Shown one piece after another: positions 11,701 through 23,550 of a DNA stretch of 64,000 bases. A program made the translations under genes and the position numbers. Source of the stretch: Tubulanus polymorphus (taxonomy: Eukaryota; Animalia; Nemertea); contig NC_134033.1 of the NCBI RefSeq assembly GCF_964204645.1, forward strand, positions 16,066,655-16,130,654. The letters run 5' to 3'. The notes beneath the pieces were generated by a model that saw only the letters and a list, made by a program, of their open reading frames with translations, was not told the DNA's origin and did not search any database. Numbering within the stretch: the first letter of the stretch is position 1; the number at the start of each line of letters is the position of its first letter.

Positions 11701-14700
11701 TGATTGATGATGAAACACAGAAAATACAGAAGGATATATTGCAATTTTTTCGAACTAAAATTCGGTGAAAATTTATTTTACAAAAATGTATCAAATTTTA
11801 TTGGATTTTTTGCCCTTAATGATACTGTAGACTTCACTTAAACTGGTAGACGGTCTATATCTAGTATAATGTGTTCAATTCGATGAAATAAAGATGAAAT
11901 GTTGTTTTTCAATACATATGTTTTGCCTTTTCTGGTATTGCTCTGTTCGATGATAATAATGATAATAATAGTATATGTCTAATATAGCCCTAAAACCAGC
12001 AGCTGCTCAGAGCGCTTCACATTTTCGGTTTTATTGCCCCAGCCATTTAATAGTCTCCTGGGGTGAGGTAACATTCGAACAGCTGCTAGGCGCTCGGGGG
12101 TCATCTATCGGCCAAGGTACCCATTTACTCCTGGGTGGAGAGAGGAAATGAGGATAAGTGTCTTGGCGGGGACACAATGGTAATGTACAGGTTCGAATCC
12201 ACGATGACCTGGTTTCCCAGAATGCTTCCCGTATCCCGTAAATGTTCACTTCATTTCCGTTTATTCTCTGCCTAAACCGGTAAACTGTAACGGCTGTTCG
12301 CCTATATAATAGAATACATGTATGTACTATCAACTTTCTATCTCTGTTAGCAAAAATACATAAAAACATTAGAACATCTTTATGTATTTTTGCTGTTAGT
12401 GATTAGGCCTTATGTTCTATGTGTAATTAGAGAAAAACCCTCAGAGTGCCCATCATTGTTATCTAAAAAGTAGGAAAATCAGTAGAAACTTTGGAGTTCC
12501 GTAGAGTGAAAACTGTAAGAGATAGAGCGTTATGGTAATTGAAAAGTTTGTAGGGTATATGATCCTTGGAAAATTTTGGTGGTAATTTTTCTTACTGAAA
12601 GTGACGTTCTATGCAAATGAGCTAATTTGCATGAATTATAATCGGTGACCTATTTATTTGATAAGCCTCTAAATTTCATGTATCAAAATGAACAAATCAG
12701 GTAGCTAGCCTCAGCTAACAGCTGACAATGGAATATTCTATGTCTACGGTCAGAAATATATATTGTACGGGTAATTATAATTAGAAAATGACCGAATAAT
12801 TAAATCACGTGACGTCCGGATAAGTACCCGCTACTTTCAAACGCAAAAAACTCAAATATTTTGAATAGCATCACCACAAAAACGCGGCATAAAAACAAAC
12901 TAACGGGCACTGCCATTTAATCAAGCCATCTAGCGGCAGATTTCTCTGCTGAATTCTATGCGAAAAACTAAAAATATAACTGCTATAAGAAATGTCGACT
13001 AAAGTCAACAGGGCTCTGTACGACCTGAAATAATCTGTAGACGAAAGTCGACTGGGCTCTGAAAGAGTTATAGAAGAAATTTGGGGATTCACTACATGGT
13101 CAGATTGTATAAAATACAAAGAACTTGATAATTTTGACCGCTATTAGGCTCAATAAATCTTTTCATCAATTGATTTTTGCAATTCTTAAAAGCCGGTGCC
13201 TAATAAGGTAGAAAATTGAAGGTGCCAAACTGTAGCAGTTTAGGCGGAGGCTACTGTATGATGAATATCAGCTGAAATGGCTGTGCATGGAATTTTGTTG
13301 ATCTGAATAAATGAATGGCTGCTGTACGATGAATTATACATTCTAGGTGAGTTATATAATGAATATGTGGAGTACCGATAGGCCTATTGCTGACAATGAA
13401 TATTCTATTGGGAAAATTGAATTACAGCCATTTATGTTGATAGTGAAATATTGTTCTTCAAAATGAATGTTTTTTATTTGTAGTGAGTGTTGTTTCTGAA
13501 GGTGCAGTAGTGGGCAGTGTTGTGTGAAATGGCTTTTACTGGTTTTAGATTCAGCGAAGTGAAATTATTTGTGTCGTTTTTCTGTTTTAATTCATGCTGT
13601 AAATAGTTTAAACAATAAAATATTTAAAAAAAACAATCATATTTTTATCTTCATTTTTGAGAAAATTCAGTAGAAAATATACAAATTCTCCCACTTACCG
13701 TGGATGGAGTGTGGCACTGTATGCAATGAAAAAGTTTTCTACAAAATAATTGAATACATTTCTGAAGTGTGGACACATTTTTCACTCATCCATTTGAAAA
13801 GTAATTACTGAATAAAAGGAATTATCGATTAATTTTTTGTTGATACAGCGCGACATTTGTTTTAAATTAGATCTTTTATCGTTTCAAAGTTTCCATTTCA
13901 ATTGGTTGATAAATGAAAAGTTATCATGCGTGTTATTCCAAAGAGGTTCCCAGATTTTGAAACCAGGGTCATGGGTAACAATTCCATTGATTATTCATTA
14001 TAATGTATAGTTTTTGTCACCTGGAACCTGGTACGTCATCACCCCAGAAAAAAAATCAAGTGTATTTTTGATTCATGATTATCTACCAAAATTGATTGTC
14101 AAGGTAATGGTAGGATGTAATTTATTACAATCAGTATTTCCATTAATGAATTAACAAAAGTGTACCCGTCCACGTACAGGGTTGGTTCTGAAATATATCA
14201 AGTATATAAGACATGAAAATACCATTATAAAATGTGTATTGGAAGATTCAATTATCAGCCTCACTGATGATATACTGTCAACTCATCGTTATTATGTAAT
14301 GGATGATGCAAATCATGAGAGCAGTTAAAAGTGTAGTTACAACAGCGTTAGTCTACAACCAGTGACATGATCACTTCTCACAAAATAAGCTTACGATCCC
14401 TTCCAAACGTTCAAATGACCCTTCTCACCCCATCACGTCACATTCACCTATTGGATAACTGCATTATTTTATAGGTTACTATATACAAATATGATAATTA
14501 TATTCGAACATGTCATTATGTCATTTATGTGTAATATGCATGATCCTTAATGTTTTTTTTTTTTTCATTTCAGATATAGACATCATTGAAAACATCCAAC
14601 ATGACCAGTCTGAAGCAGCCCGCAGAGTACTTCCAGCATTACGAGATACTTATACAAGGTGTGTATCTCTCTGCGGGCCTAAGGAACCAACTCTTCCTGA

Positions 14701-15472
14701 AATTGTTCCACCTTTTGAGTTGGTTCCTTTGCAGGAGGTGGACCCTGCTTCTCCCGTAAATGTGGAGCAGGAGGTCGCCCCTGCAGTGGTGACCCCGACA
14801 GAGGCGCCACAGCTTCAGACGCCTTCACTGCGTCGGTCGCCCCGTCAAAAGACTAAAGATATAGATTACGCAATAGGTTCGGGGCGTCCGAAAACAAAAA
14901 AAAAAGGCAAACGTGCAGCTCGTCCTCCTCCACCTCCGCAACCAAATTTTGAGGAGGAGAGCAGTGATGAGGAGGAATTCGCCACTCCTGGAGCGACACC
15001 ACCAGGGCCCGCAACTCCCCCGCCACCACCACCACGTACCAGACCACCACCACGTACCAGACCACCAACATCTAAGTCAACACCAGCATCTACGTCAACA
15101 CCAGCATCTACGTCAACACCAGCATCTACGTCAACACCAGCATCTACGTCAACACCAGCATCTACGTCAACACCAGCATCTACGTCAACACCAGCATCTG
15201 CCGGACCACCACCATCAACCGGACCACCTCCATCAACATCGACATCGACTGGAAAAAATAGAAATAAGAAGAGAAAATATAATGATAACGAGAATGCTTC
15301 AACATCAGGCGCTCCAGTGGGGGCACCACCTTCCCCCGCTGTTGAGCTGGTGGCGCGCGGCCCTGGGTGGTCAAGAAACATCAACTACCACGATCCAATC
15401 AAAATGCTCCGCGATGTTGAAGGGGCCTTTAAAGGAAAATACGAATTAGTTAAACGTAGGCGAACAAATTAA
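8755..15472 (+). CDS. Spliced orphan protein (~332 aa): helical, possibly death-fold-like N-terminus plus Pro/Ser/Thr-rich disordered region with basic NLS-like motifs
   Basis: Coding exon 8755-8854 (MSTKYDLFSGLLKLVRAEVLTLDPETLGAFFDL, donor A|GTAAGT) joins in phase 1 to exon 14574-15472 (long polypyrimidine tract, CAG acceptor; A+AT = Asn). Upstream acceptor at 8642; AATAAA near 15670. Confidence 0.7.
9555..9950. repeat. Minisatellite, ~35-bp unit (agtcaataactggactgcggtttagtccatagttt), ~11 copies
   Basis: Direct tandem copies; each unit has an internal TGGACT/AGTCCA inverted repeat. Confidence 0.92.
10510..11125. repeat. Minisatellite, 23-bp unit (cagtttagtcagtatcgggacca), ~26 copies
   Basis: Direct tandem copies without unique spacers. 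Confidence 0.95.
11950..12225 (-). mobile_element. CORE-type SINE
   Basis: Minus strand: B-box-like GGATTCGAACC, CORE-like gtgtcc..gccaagacacttatcctc...ctctccacccaggagtaaatgggtacc, L2-like tail gtgaagcgctctgag and a (TAT)n end. Confidence 0.7.
15066..15200 (+). repeat. Coding 18-bp repeat (STPAST) x7
   Basis: Tandem tctacgtcaacaccagca in frame within the orphan ORF. Confidence 0.95.
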
Positions 15473-15972
15473 AATAACATCAGCCCCTTCACTCGCCATC
15501 ACCCGGGCAACAACATCAGCCCATGCACGTCTGCAGATCGGCACTTCTTGAAACTCAGTTTTCCCTCCCACCTTCGTCGATCTGCAGGTTGCGCAGTGTT
15601 AAATATCTGTCAACACTCCTTGAACCAGTGGGCGTGCAGTCCTCCTTGCTTTTATAAAAAAAATATGAAAATAAAAAACCAGACATCATTGCATATAATC
15701 ATTGCTTTTATGGAGGTTTTACGGTTTCTCCAAAAAAATTTAAAAAATTGAAAAATGATAAAAAAAATTCATTATCATTTCATCCCTTTATTTACTTTTT
15801 GGACAAAAAGAAATATTTGTCCATCATCCCATTCATTTACTTTTTAAATCATTTATTTATTTTTTTTTGACTGTACGACCCACTGTGTTCCACTCCATTT
15901 TAACCCCCATTTTTGCATTAACTCTTACCTTATTAACTAAGGTTCATTGTGCTTCTCACAATGCTGAAGCAT

Positions 15973-16220
15973 TAACCATTCTTGGCGCTACTTTGCAGCA
16001 GTAGCCATCTATACCACCTAATTGTGGCAGTAGCCTTCTTATGAGTCATCAATTCTAATACCATGGTCGACCTTTTCAAATATCTTTCGGGATATAAACC
16101 ATCCTTGCCACTACTTTGCAGCAGTAACCATCCATACCACCTGATTGTGGCAGTAGCCTTCTTAGGAGTCATCTATTCTAATTCTATGGTCAGCCGTTGT
16201 AAATCTCTTTCGAGATATGC
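15973..16220. repeat. Tandem duplication, ~123 bp x2
   Basis: ctactttgcagcagta.ccatc.ataccacct.attgtggcagtagccttctta occurs twice. Confidence 0.85.
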
Positions 16221-17082
16221 AGGGAATCAATTCCTACAATAACTCCTATGGAGTTTGAAAAAAAGTGGATTTTTCAAATCAAAAGGAACTGTTACGTGAT
16301 TCTTTATCGAACTTTATCGAAACATGGAGAAGGAATAGCTATGTTTCACACATAATGCGTTTCCTTATGAAGCTGAAAATAACATGGAGATGGAACAGCT
16401 ATGTTTCACATAATGCGATTCCTTAGGAAATTTCATTGAAACAGATTTTTCAATGTTCCATGTTGCCCCCTCCCCCAAATACTACGACGTTTATACGTCA
16501 AGTGCTAAACCATTATATCGTTATTAACATATTTGTTTTTCTAATTACAGAATTAAAGATTAATTTAATATGACATGAAAACTTGAATGATTGAAATGTT
16601 AATATCTAATGCTCAACAATGGAGGGAAATCCTTCACATGTGATCGGAGGGATTTAGAATGTTTACTCATAAGGAAAAGGGATATATATTTATATACGTG
16701 AGATTGCCTGGATTAAAAATTGCGCAAGAAAGGAAACCACAGCAAAGACTACGGTAATCAATTTCATTACATTTCTAAGGTGTGAAACCATCACCATCTG
16801 GATCGGTGATCAATGCATGAATGCATGAGTTCATAATTGAACATAGGATATAATAGAAAAAAAGCTAAGATCTGCAAAAATGCAATGATTAAGAATCTCT
16901 GATAAAGAAAGTATAAAATAAAGATCTTGGATTGGAAAATTCGTTGTTATCACATCAGTGATCGGGTTTTATTGATTGATAATGATCTCTACTGATTCTA
17001 ACGATCACCAGGATCAAGGGTTGAGTTCAAAATTCTTGTTAATAATTAGTCTTAATTAATCTCTTGTTGAAATCAATAAGGC

Positions 17083-17285
17083 ATATGAGAGAGGAGGTTC
17101 AGGGAGGTATGAGAGAGGAGGTTCAGGGAGGTATGAGAGAGGAGGTTCAGGGAGGTATGAGAGAGGAGGTTCGGGGAATATGAGAGAGGAGGTTCAGGGA
17201 ATATAAGAGAGGAGTTTATGGAGATATGAGAGAGGAGTTTATGGAGATATGATAGAGGAGTTTAGAGAGATATGATAGAGGAGAT
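17083..17285. repeat. Purine-rich 21-24 bp minisatellite (tatgagagaggaggttcagggagg)
   Basis: About 9 tandem copies that diverge progressively. Confidence 0.9.
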
Positions 17286-18242
17286 GGTCTAAAAGGAAAA
17301 TTGTTAAGTTCATAACAATCGATCAACTCAGTAATAGATACCGCTCTGATAAAGTAACTCCTGGTCCTTGATTGGGGTCTAAATTGCGTTTAGCAATTGA
17401 AATATGGTTGATAGAGCGTGGAATTGTTTCCACGTAGGCGAACAATGCATAAAACACACGTCAGATTAAGGCTGTTGAGAGTGAATTATCAATAGATTTA
17501 AGAAATCTACGCTGAAGTTGTTTTCAAGAGGTCAATCATTCATATGGTTGTTAATCTGATCAGGTTCTCAGGTGCTTCCTTCGTCCCCAAAAACGGCATA
17601 AGTTGTATCAAAGTATGTGATATAACCTACTAATTGATTACATGAAAAGAGGCTATTTGTAGTTTCTCAGCCATTTTGCAATTATTGTTGTGAAGAGGTC
17701 ACAAAATCCAAACTAAAACCAGCATCATCAATAGATTTCTACTGACTGAGACCCGGTCATACTGCACATGTTGAACAGTTTGTTGTATTTTTGTGGTTCC
17801 AGTTTCTCACGTTCCAAGATAGAACAAAGTTCCTAAATTTTGAGTCCTTCAGTGCTGAAATTCCAATTTACTACAAATTTCCTAATTCCAATTTCAATTG
17901 AAATTCCAATTTACTACGAGTTTCCTAATCTTAACTTGCCAAAAGTTTGAATTTTTCCTAATATGTCCTATATTTCCCAAAATCATATTTTATGTGAATT
18001 ATTATCGCTATTATTGGATTCTTTCAATGATGTTTTGGTTCGATATTATGATTGATCAAGGTGATCCATCTAAATCTATTTCATTGGTATAAATTATGAA
18101 TTATTCATATCTGCAAACATTTCATTGATACTTCTAAACTAGTAATTCTGAAAACACCCTAAAAAACTATTTTACCCATATTTTTAAGACAATCGTAGAA
18201 AGTATTTTAAATTATCACAATTTTAAAGTATCTATAATATGT

Positions 18243-18725
18243 AAAACTATTTTATCTGAATTTTAAAAAGATTGAAGAGACTATTTTATATCTGAATTTT
18301 AAAACACCTGTGATATCTAAAAATTATTTTATCTGAATTTTAAAAAGATTGAAGAAACTATTTTATATCTGAATTTTAAAACACCTGTGATATCTAGAAA
18401 CTATTTTATCTGAATTTTAAAAAGATTGAAGAAACTATTTTATATCTGAATTTTAAAACACCTGTGATATCTAGAAACTATTTAATCAGAATTTTAAAAA
18501 GATTGAAGAAACTATTTTATATCTGAATTTTAAAACACCTGTGATATCTAAAAACTATGTTATCTGAATTTTAATCTATTAAAGAAACTATTTTATATCT
18601 GAATTTTAAAACACCTGTGATATCTAAAAACTATTTTATCTGAATTTTAATCTATTAAAGAAACTATTTTATATCTAAATTTTAAAATACCTATGATATC
18701 TAAAAACTATTTTATCTGAATTTTA
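18243..18725. repeat. AT-rich ~76-bp dimeric tandem repeat
   Basis: aaactattttatctgaattttaaaaagattgaag / aaactattttatatctgaattttaaaacacctgtgatatct, about 6 copies. Confidence 0.9.
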
Positions 18726-19201
18726 TACTATTTCATTTGTATGTATTTTATCTCAATGTATGTATTTTATCTTTTGTTTATATTTAAAAACTATTTTATT
18801 TGTATATATTCCTTTTAGAACAATGATTTATTTGTATTTCAATACGAACTAAAAGATCAATTTGATGAAATATTTTATATTTGACTATCACTGTGTATAT
18901 TCGAACCCCAGTGATTTCATGAGAATGGAATAACTGAAGGTCTAGGTTTTATCACCGAATACTCTTTGACACAATTACGTGGTCCACAACACAGATATAA
19001 ATAGTGGTTATATAAAAGGCCCATGTTGTATATAGTGCACGCATAAAGAGCTTTTACTGTTGATAGGCTTAGTAAATATGAAATGTGATTGAGAACGTTT
19101 TCTCATACTTTCTTTACCTTTTTTCCTGTAGTTTTTTTTTCAATTTTTATTAAAGTAATTCAGTGAATTATCTACTCATTTTCAGTTGGTGTTTCACTAT
19201 C

Positions 19202-19373
19202 ATGGAATGCGATGAATAAAAAACAGTCTGAGTGTATTTTTCACATGATATTTTCAGCGTCCCGTCGTATGAAATTTTGAATTTTGAATTTGATGTCATC
19301 TCAAGAAAATGTATGACTGAAAACATCATATGAAAAATACAGTCAGATTGTTTTTCATTTATCTCGTTCCATA
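19202..19373. mobile_element. MITE-like foldback with ~55-bp inverted arms
   Basis: atggaatgcgatgaataaaaaacagtctgagtgtatttttcacatgatattttcag pairs with ctgaaaacatcatatgaaaaatacagtcagattgtttttcatttatctcgttccat. Confidence 0.7.
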
Positions 19374-19378
19374 CAATA

Positions 19379-19458
19379 CAGGACTCAGTTCCACAGTTTG
19401 ATTTGGATACAAGAATTTAGATACATATTTGTTGCATAACTGTGGAACTGGGTCTTGT
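19379..19458. mobile_element. Short MITE with TIR caggactcagttccacagtt / aactgtggaactgggtcttg
   Basis: 20-bp imperfect TIRs; the same motif family recurs in CCDC39 introns. Confidence 0.65.
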
Positions 19459-19829
19459 TAAATTGTGAGCATGATGTTTATGATTAATCACTAGTGCGTT
19501 TTAAACTAGATATTAAAACTTTGGTTTCAAGTTAACCTTAGTTTAGATTAGTTGGTTTTTGTTTAGTTATTTTAGTAATTTTCGCTGTTTATGAATTTAA
19601 TTCGTTCCAGTTGATTTAAGTCTTATTTAGTTAAAGTTTTAGTTCATTTAGGTCAAGTTTTAACTATAGCTGTTAACTTAAATAAAGTATAAACCTCTGA
19701 TAAACTGAGGGTCAATTTATCTTATGATAAGTTACACTCAGGTTATTAATCAATAATCCCGTTTAAGATCTCCTTTTTTTATGCGGTTCAGAGATTTTCA
19801 CTGAATAAAATAGTAAAATCTTAGAATGT

Positions 19830-20560
19830 GATGAACTGAGGGTAAATTCAGCATTGTTGAAATTACTTTCAGGATCATCATTAAAACAATGAATGAACTG
19901 AGGGTAAATTCATCATTGTTGAAATTACTCTCAGGATCATCATTAAAACAATGAATGAACTGAGGGTAAATTCATCATTGTTGAAATCACTCTCAGGATC
20001 ATCATTAAAACAATGAATGAACTGAGGGTAAATTCATCATTGTTGAAATCACTCTCAGGATCATCATTAAAACAATGAATGAACTGAGGGTAAATTCATC
20101 ATTGTTGAAATCACTCTCAGGATCATCATTAAAACAATGAATGAACTGAGGGTAAATTCAGCATTGTTGAAATTACTTTCAGGATCATCATTAAAACAAT
20201 GAATGAACTGAGGGTAAATTCATCATTGTTGAAATTACTCTCAGGATCATCATTAAAACAATGAATGAACTGAGGGTAAATTCATCATTGTTGAAATCAC
20301 TCTCAGGATCATCATTAAAACAATGAATGAACTGAGGGTAAATTCATCATTGTTGAAATCACTCTCAGGATCATCATTAAAACAATGAATGAACTGAGGG
20401 TAAATTCATCATTGTTAAAATCACTCTCAGGATCATCATTAAAACAATGGATGAACTGAGGGTAAATTCATAATTGTTGAAATCACTCTCAGGATCATCA
20501 TTAAAACAATGGATGAACTGAGGGTAAATTCATCATTGATGAAATTACTCTCAGTTCATT
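19830..20560. repeat. 62-bp tandem array of palindromic units, ~11.5 copies
   Basis: Unit gaatgaactgagggtaaattcatcattgttgaaatcactctcaggatcatcattaaaacaat; period 62 (19891 to 19953). Confidence 0.95.
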
Positions 20561-21485
20561 GAGAATATTTTAGCATTAACACCAGTTTTTTTACCCCCCT
20601 GTTTTCTTGTTATTGAAAGTAACATCACTAGTTATAGAGTAGATGATTAGGTTTTTTATTGTTTGATGAACTTGCAGTTAATTAGATTGATTAATAATAC
20701 AATACTCTCAGGTCATTGAAACGTAATCTTTAATGTTATCTTAATTTTAGGGATGTAGGGTTTTACGCTGAAATAGATTATAAATGAATGAAACAATGGA
20801 ATTTTAAATCAGTATTTTTTCGTTACTGTAAGAAATCTTTTATTTAGTTTTTAGGCTTTTCACTTTTTGCTTTCTCTAGATTCTAGTTTTTTTTCTAAAA
20901 TATTGTTGAAATTTTGTTGTGTTTTTTTAATTGATTTTAAGCTTAACTTGAGTCCCAGCAGGCTAGTGTATTCACTTTTCATCCGTTATTCGACTGGCAG
21001 AATATCAAGATGGCTGACTGGTAGCCATTCTTGTTCGCTAAAATCGGCAGTTTTACACAGTTTTGAAGTTTTTAAGGGAGGTTTCAAAGATTTCTCCAAC
21101 ATTTGATGTTTGATATCGATATGTATCCCCCATCATAATTAGAAATATTGGGTTGCTTTAACTTACAGTCATGATGTTTGATAATTGTTAGCATTGTCAT
21201 AGGTTTGATAATTGTTAGCATTGTTAGCATTGTCATCAGGGGTATTGAATTCATACAATTGTTCCATGAGTTTTGGTATTTATGCATATAACCGCAATCA
21301 ATTGCATATTTGTAGCATTGGTTTTTGTTATGTTTACCGGGGGCATTGAATATTGAAATTGTCAGATTGTCAAGCATTTCACCGAGTGGGCATGGTGTCC
21401 CTGCACCTCTAGTTTATATCTTATTTCACTGCTTTCAAGGTTCTCGTACACATTTCATATTTACATGCAGCTTTTTCATTCAATA

Positions 21486-21856
21486 TACATCAATGCCATC
21501 CTCACTTGCCAGGTTTTAATTGTCGTCTGCCGAAGCTCATGCCAAGACAAACCCCGGTCGCAAACTCTTCGTTGGTCTATTATGTTGTTCAAGATTTCTT
21601 GTGTAGACAGGTTGCCACTGAGAGGCCACCAGTCTATATATCTAGCCAATCAGAGCCAATTGTTTTTCGCCGGCAGATTTGCTACACATCTGATTGACTA
21701 GATGTAAAGACTAGTGGCCGCTTAGCAGCAACCTGTCGACTCGAGATATCTCGGACAATGTAAGAGACCAATGAAGGGTTTGTGACCAGGGTTTGTTTAA
21801 GCGTGAAATTCGGTGGGCGACAATAAAACCCTGGTGATTGAGGATGTATCGATGTA
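21486..21856. mobile_element. ~370-bp foldback element with ~170-bp imperfect arms
   Basis: Ends catcctcacttgccagg / cctggtgattgaggatg; inner ends tctagccaatcaga / tctgattgactaga. The mirror ORFs 21506(+) and 21879(-) translate to similar peptides. Confidence 0.8.
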
Positions 21857-22743
21857 CATATCAACACACAAAAAGCCAAACATAATAGGCGGCATTATTA
21901 TTGGGAGGTGCACCTGGCCTAATATACCGCGCGGTAAAAACCACTCTTTCTGTGGTTGTGTAGTACCAGTAATTGATGATCATCGAGTGAGTGATTGGCC
22001 TGGCCCAGTTATTCCATTCTGAAATCACTTGGGTTCCGATTATGATTGACAAATGATATAAAATATTTCATCAAATTGATCGACACATTTTATCCGTACT
22101 TGTACATGTTGTAAATTTATGAATAGCTTTTTATTTGTATATATTATATTTCTTTTTAGATTTTTTTATTGATTTTGATTTCTACTTGTAAATATTTTTA
22201 GATATCTTTTTAACTTAAGATTTTAATGATTATTTAAACATTTCAAATATAATCTTAAATTTTTAATTTTCTAAACTTCATAATATCTATACATCAAATC
22301 TTTTTTAGTGCAAATTTTGATATAGATTTAATTGATAATTAATATTTTTAATTCTATTGAATAATTTTAATATTCAAAACAACAGAATGAATGCATTCAA
22401 TCTTAGTTTAATACTGATATCACTTGTTGCATCTATCGTTTTAACGAGATTTTAACCCATAACTTTGGAGCATTGATATTATTTCATTGCATTAGTCCCG
22501 CCTCCTCATTTATGGCTGATGGTTGATTTCAGATTTTCAGCTTCTGATAACATTAATATTAATTCAATGCTACGTTATGTTTTGTTGTTTTATTTCTTAC
22601 GAACGTTTTCAAAGATGAGTTTTTGTTGAATTGATATTTGGTAATGCAGAGGTTGAGATAATTATACAATTTTATAGAATTGTCTAAAATACTGTACCTA
22701 GTAACATATAAGTAGTATTGCTAGTTTACCTCTATTTTCAAGT

Positions 22744-22955
22744 TGTCCTGTGGTACGACGTTAAACTGCCTCATTTTAACAATACGTTTTATCCATACAT
22801 TTTATCAGTGATTTTTATCTATTTGTCCTGTGGTATGACGTTAAACGGCCTCATTTTAACAATACGTTTTATCCATACATTTTATCAGTGATTTTTATCT
22901 ATTTGTCCTGTGGTATGACGTTAAACTGCCTCTTTTTAACCGTTTTTATCCATAT
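22744..22955. repeat. 80-bp tandem repeat, ~2.6 copies
   Basis: tgtcctgtggta.gacgttaaac.gcctc at 22744, 22824 and 22904. Confidence 0.9.
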
Positions 22956-22999
22956 GTTTTATTGTTTTTATCATATGTTTTATCGTTTTTATCACCCCT

Positions 23000-23550
23000 T
23001 CTTTTTCTACCTTTCTCTATCCTTTCCCTCTCTGTCTCTATCCTTTCCCTCTCTGTCTCTATCCTATCCCTCTCTGTCTCTATCCTTTCCCTCTCTCTAT
23101 CCTTTCCCTCTCTCTCTCTAACCCACTAACTCTCTTCCTCTTTCTCTAACCCACTAACTCTCTCCCTCTTTCTTTAACCCACTAACTCTCTCTTCCTCTT
23201 TCTTTAACCCACTAACTCTCTCCTCTCTCTCCTTTCTTCCTCTCACCCCTCTCCTTCATCCTTCCTCCTCTCTCCCTCCTCTCTCTCTCCTCACTCTCCT
23301 CTCTCTCTCTTTCGCTCTCTTTCTCTCTATCTTGTAAATATTGTAAATTTGTAGATAGTAGTTTTTATTTCTCTTGTAAATATTGTAAATTTGTAAATAG
23401 TAGTTTTTATTTCTCTTGTAAATATTGTAAATTTGTAAATAGTAGTTTTTATTTCTCTTGTAAATATTGTAAATTTGTAAATAGTAGTTTTTATTTCTCT
23501 TTTTAATTTTCTTGTAGATATTGTAAATTTGTAGAGAGTAGTTTTTTTTT
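23000..23550. repeat. Polypyrimidine (CT-rich) tract followed by a 42-bp AT-rich tandem repeat x5
   Basis: CT-rich 23000-23330, then cttgtaaatattgtaaatttgtaaatagtagtttttatttct units at 23331-23550. Confidence 0.9.

Larger units (their letters stand above)
18855..22081. mobile_element. Candidate 3.2-kb element bounded by diverged ~190-bp inverted repeats
   Basis: 26-bp perfect inverted match 18855-18880 / 22056-22081, plus further inverted similarity (gaatggaataactg; caattac.tggt..cacaac.acaga..agtggtt). No transposase ORF inside. Confidence 0.5.

Noticed and set aside
14510-14573. MSLCHLCV...FFFFIS as a signal peptide of the 320-aa ORF
   Set aside because: It is the polypyrimidine tract and acceptor of an intron; a phase-compatible upstream exon exists at 8755-8854.
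14853-15449. Overlapping ORFs 14866-15384(-), 14913-15449(+), 14853-15071(-)
   Set aside because: Alternative-frame or antisense shadows of the low-complexity coding repeat, with no supporting start or splice context.
16550-17620. Possible decayed coding fragments (e.g. LRLAIEIWLIERGIV)
   Set aside because: Multiple stops and no recognisable family; cannot be supported without a translated search.
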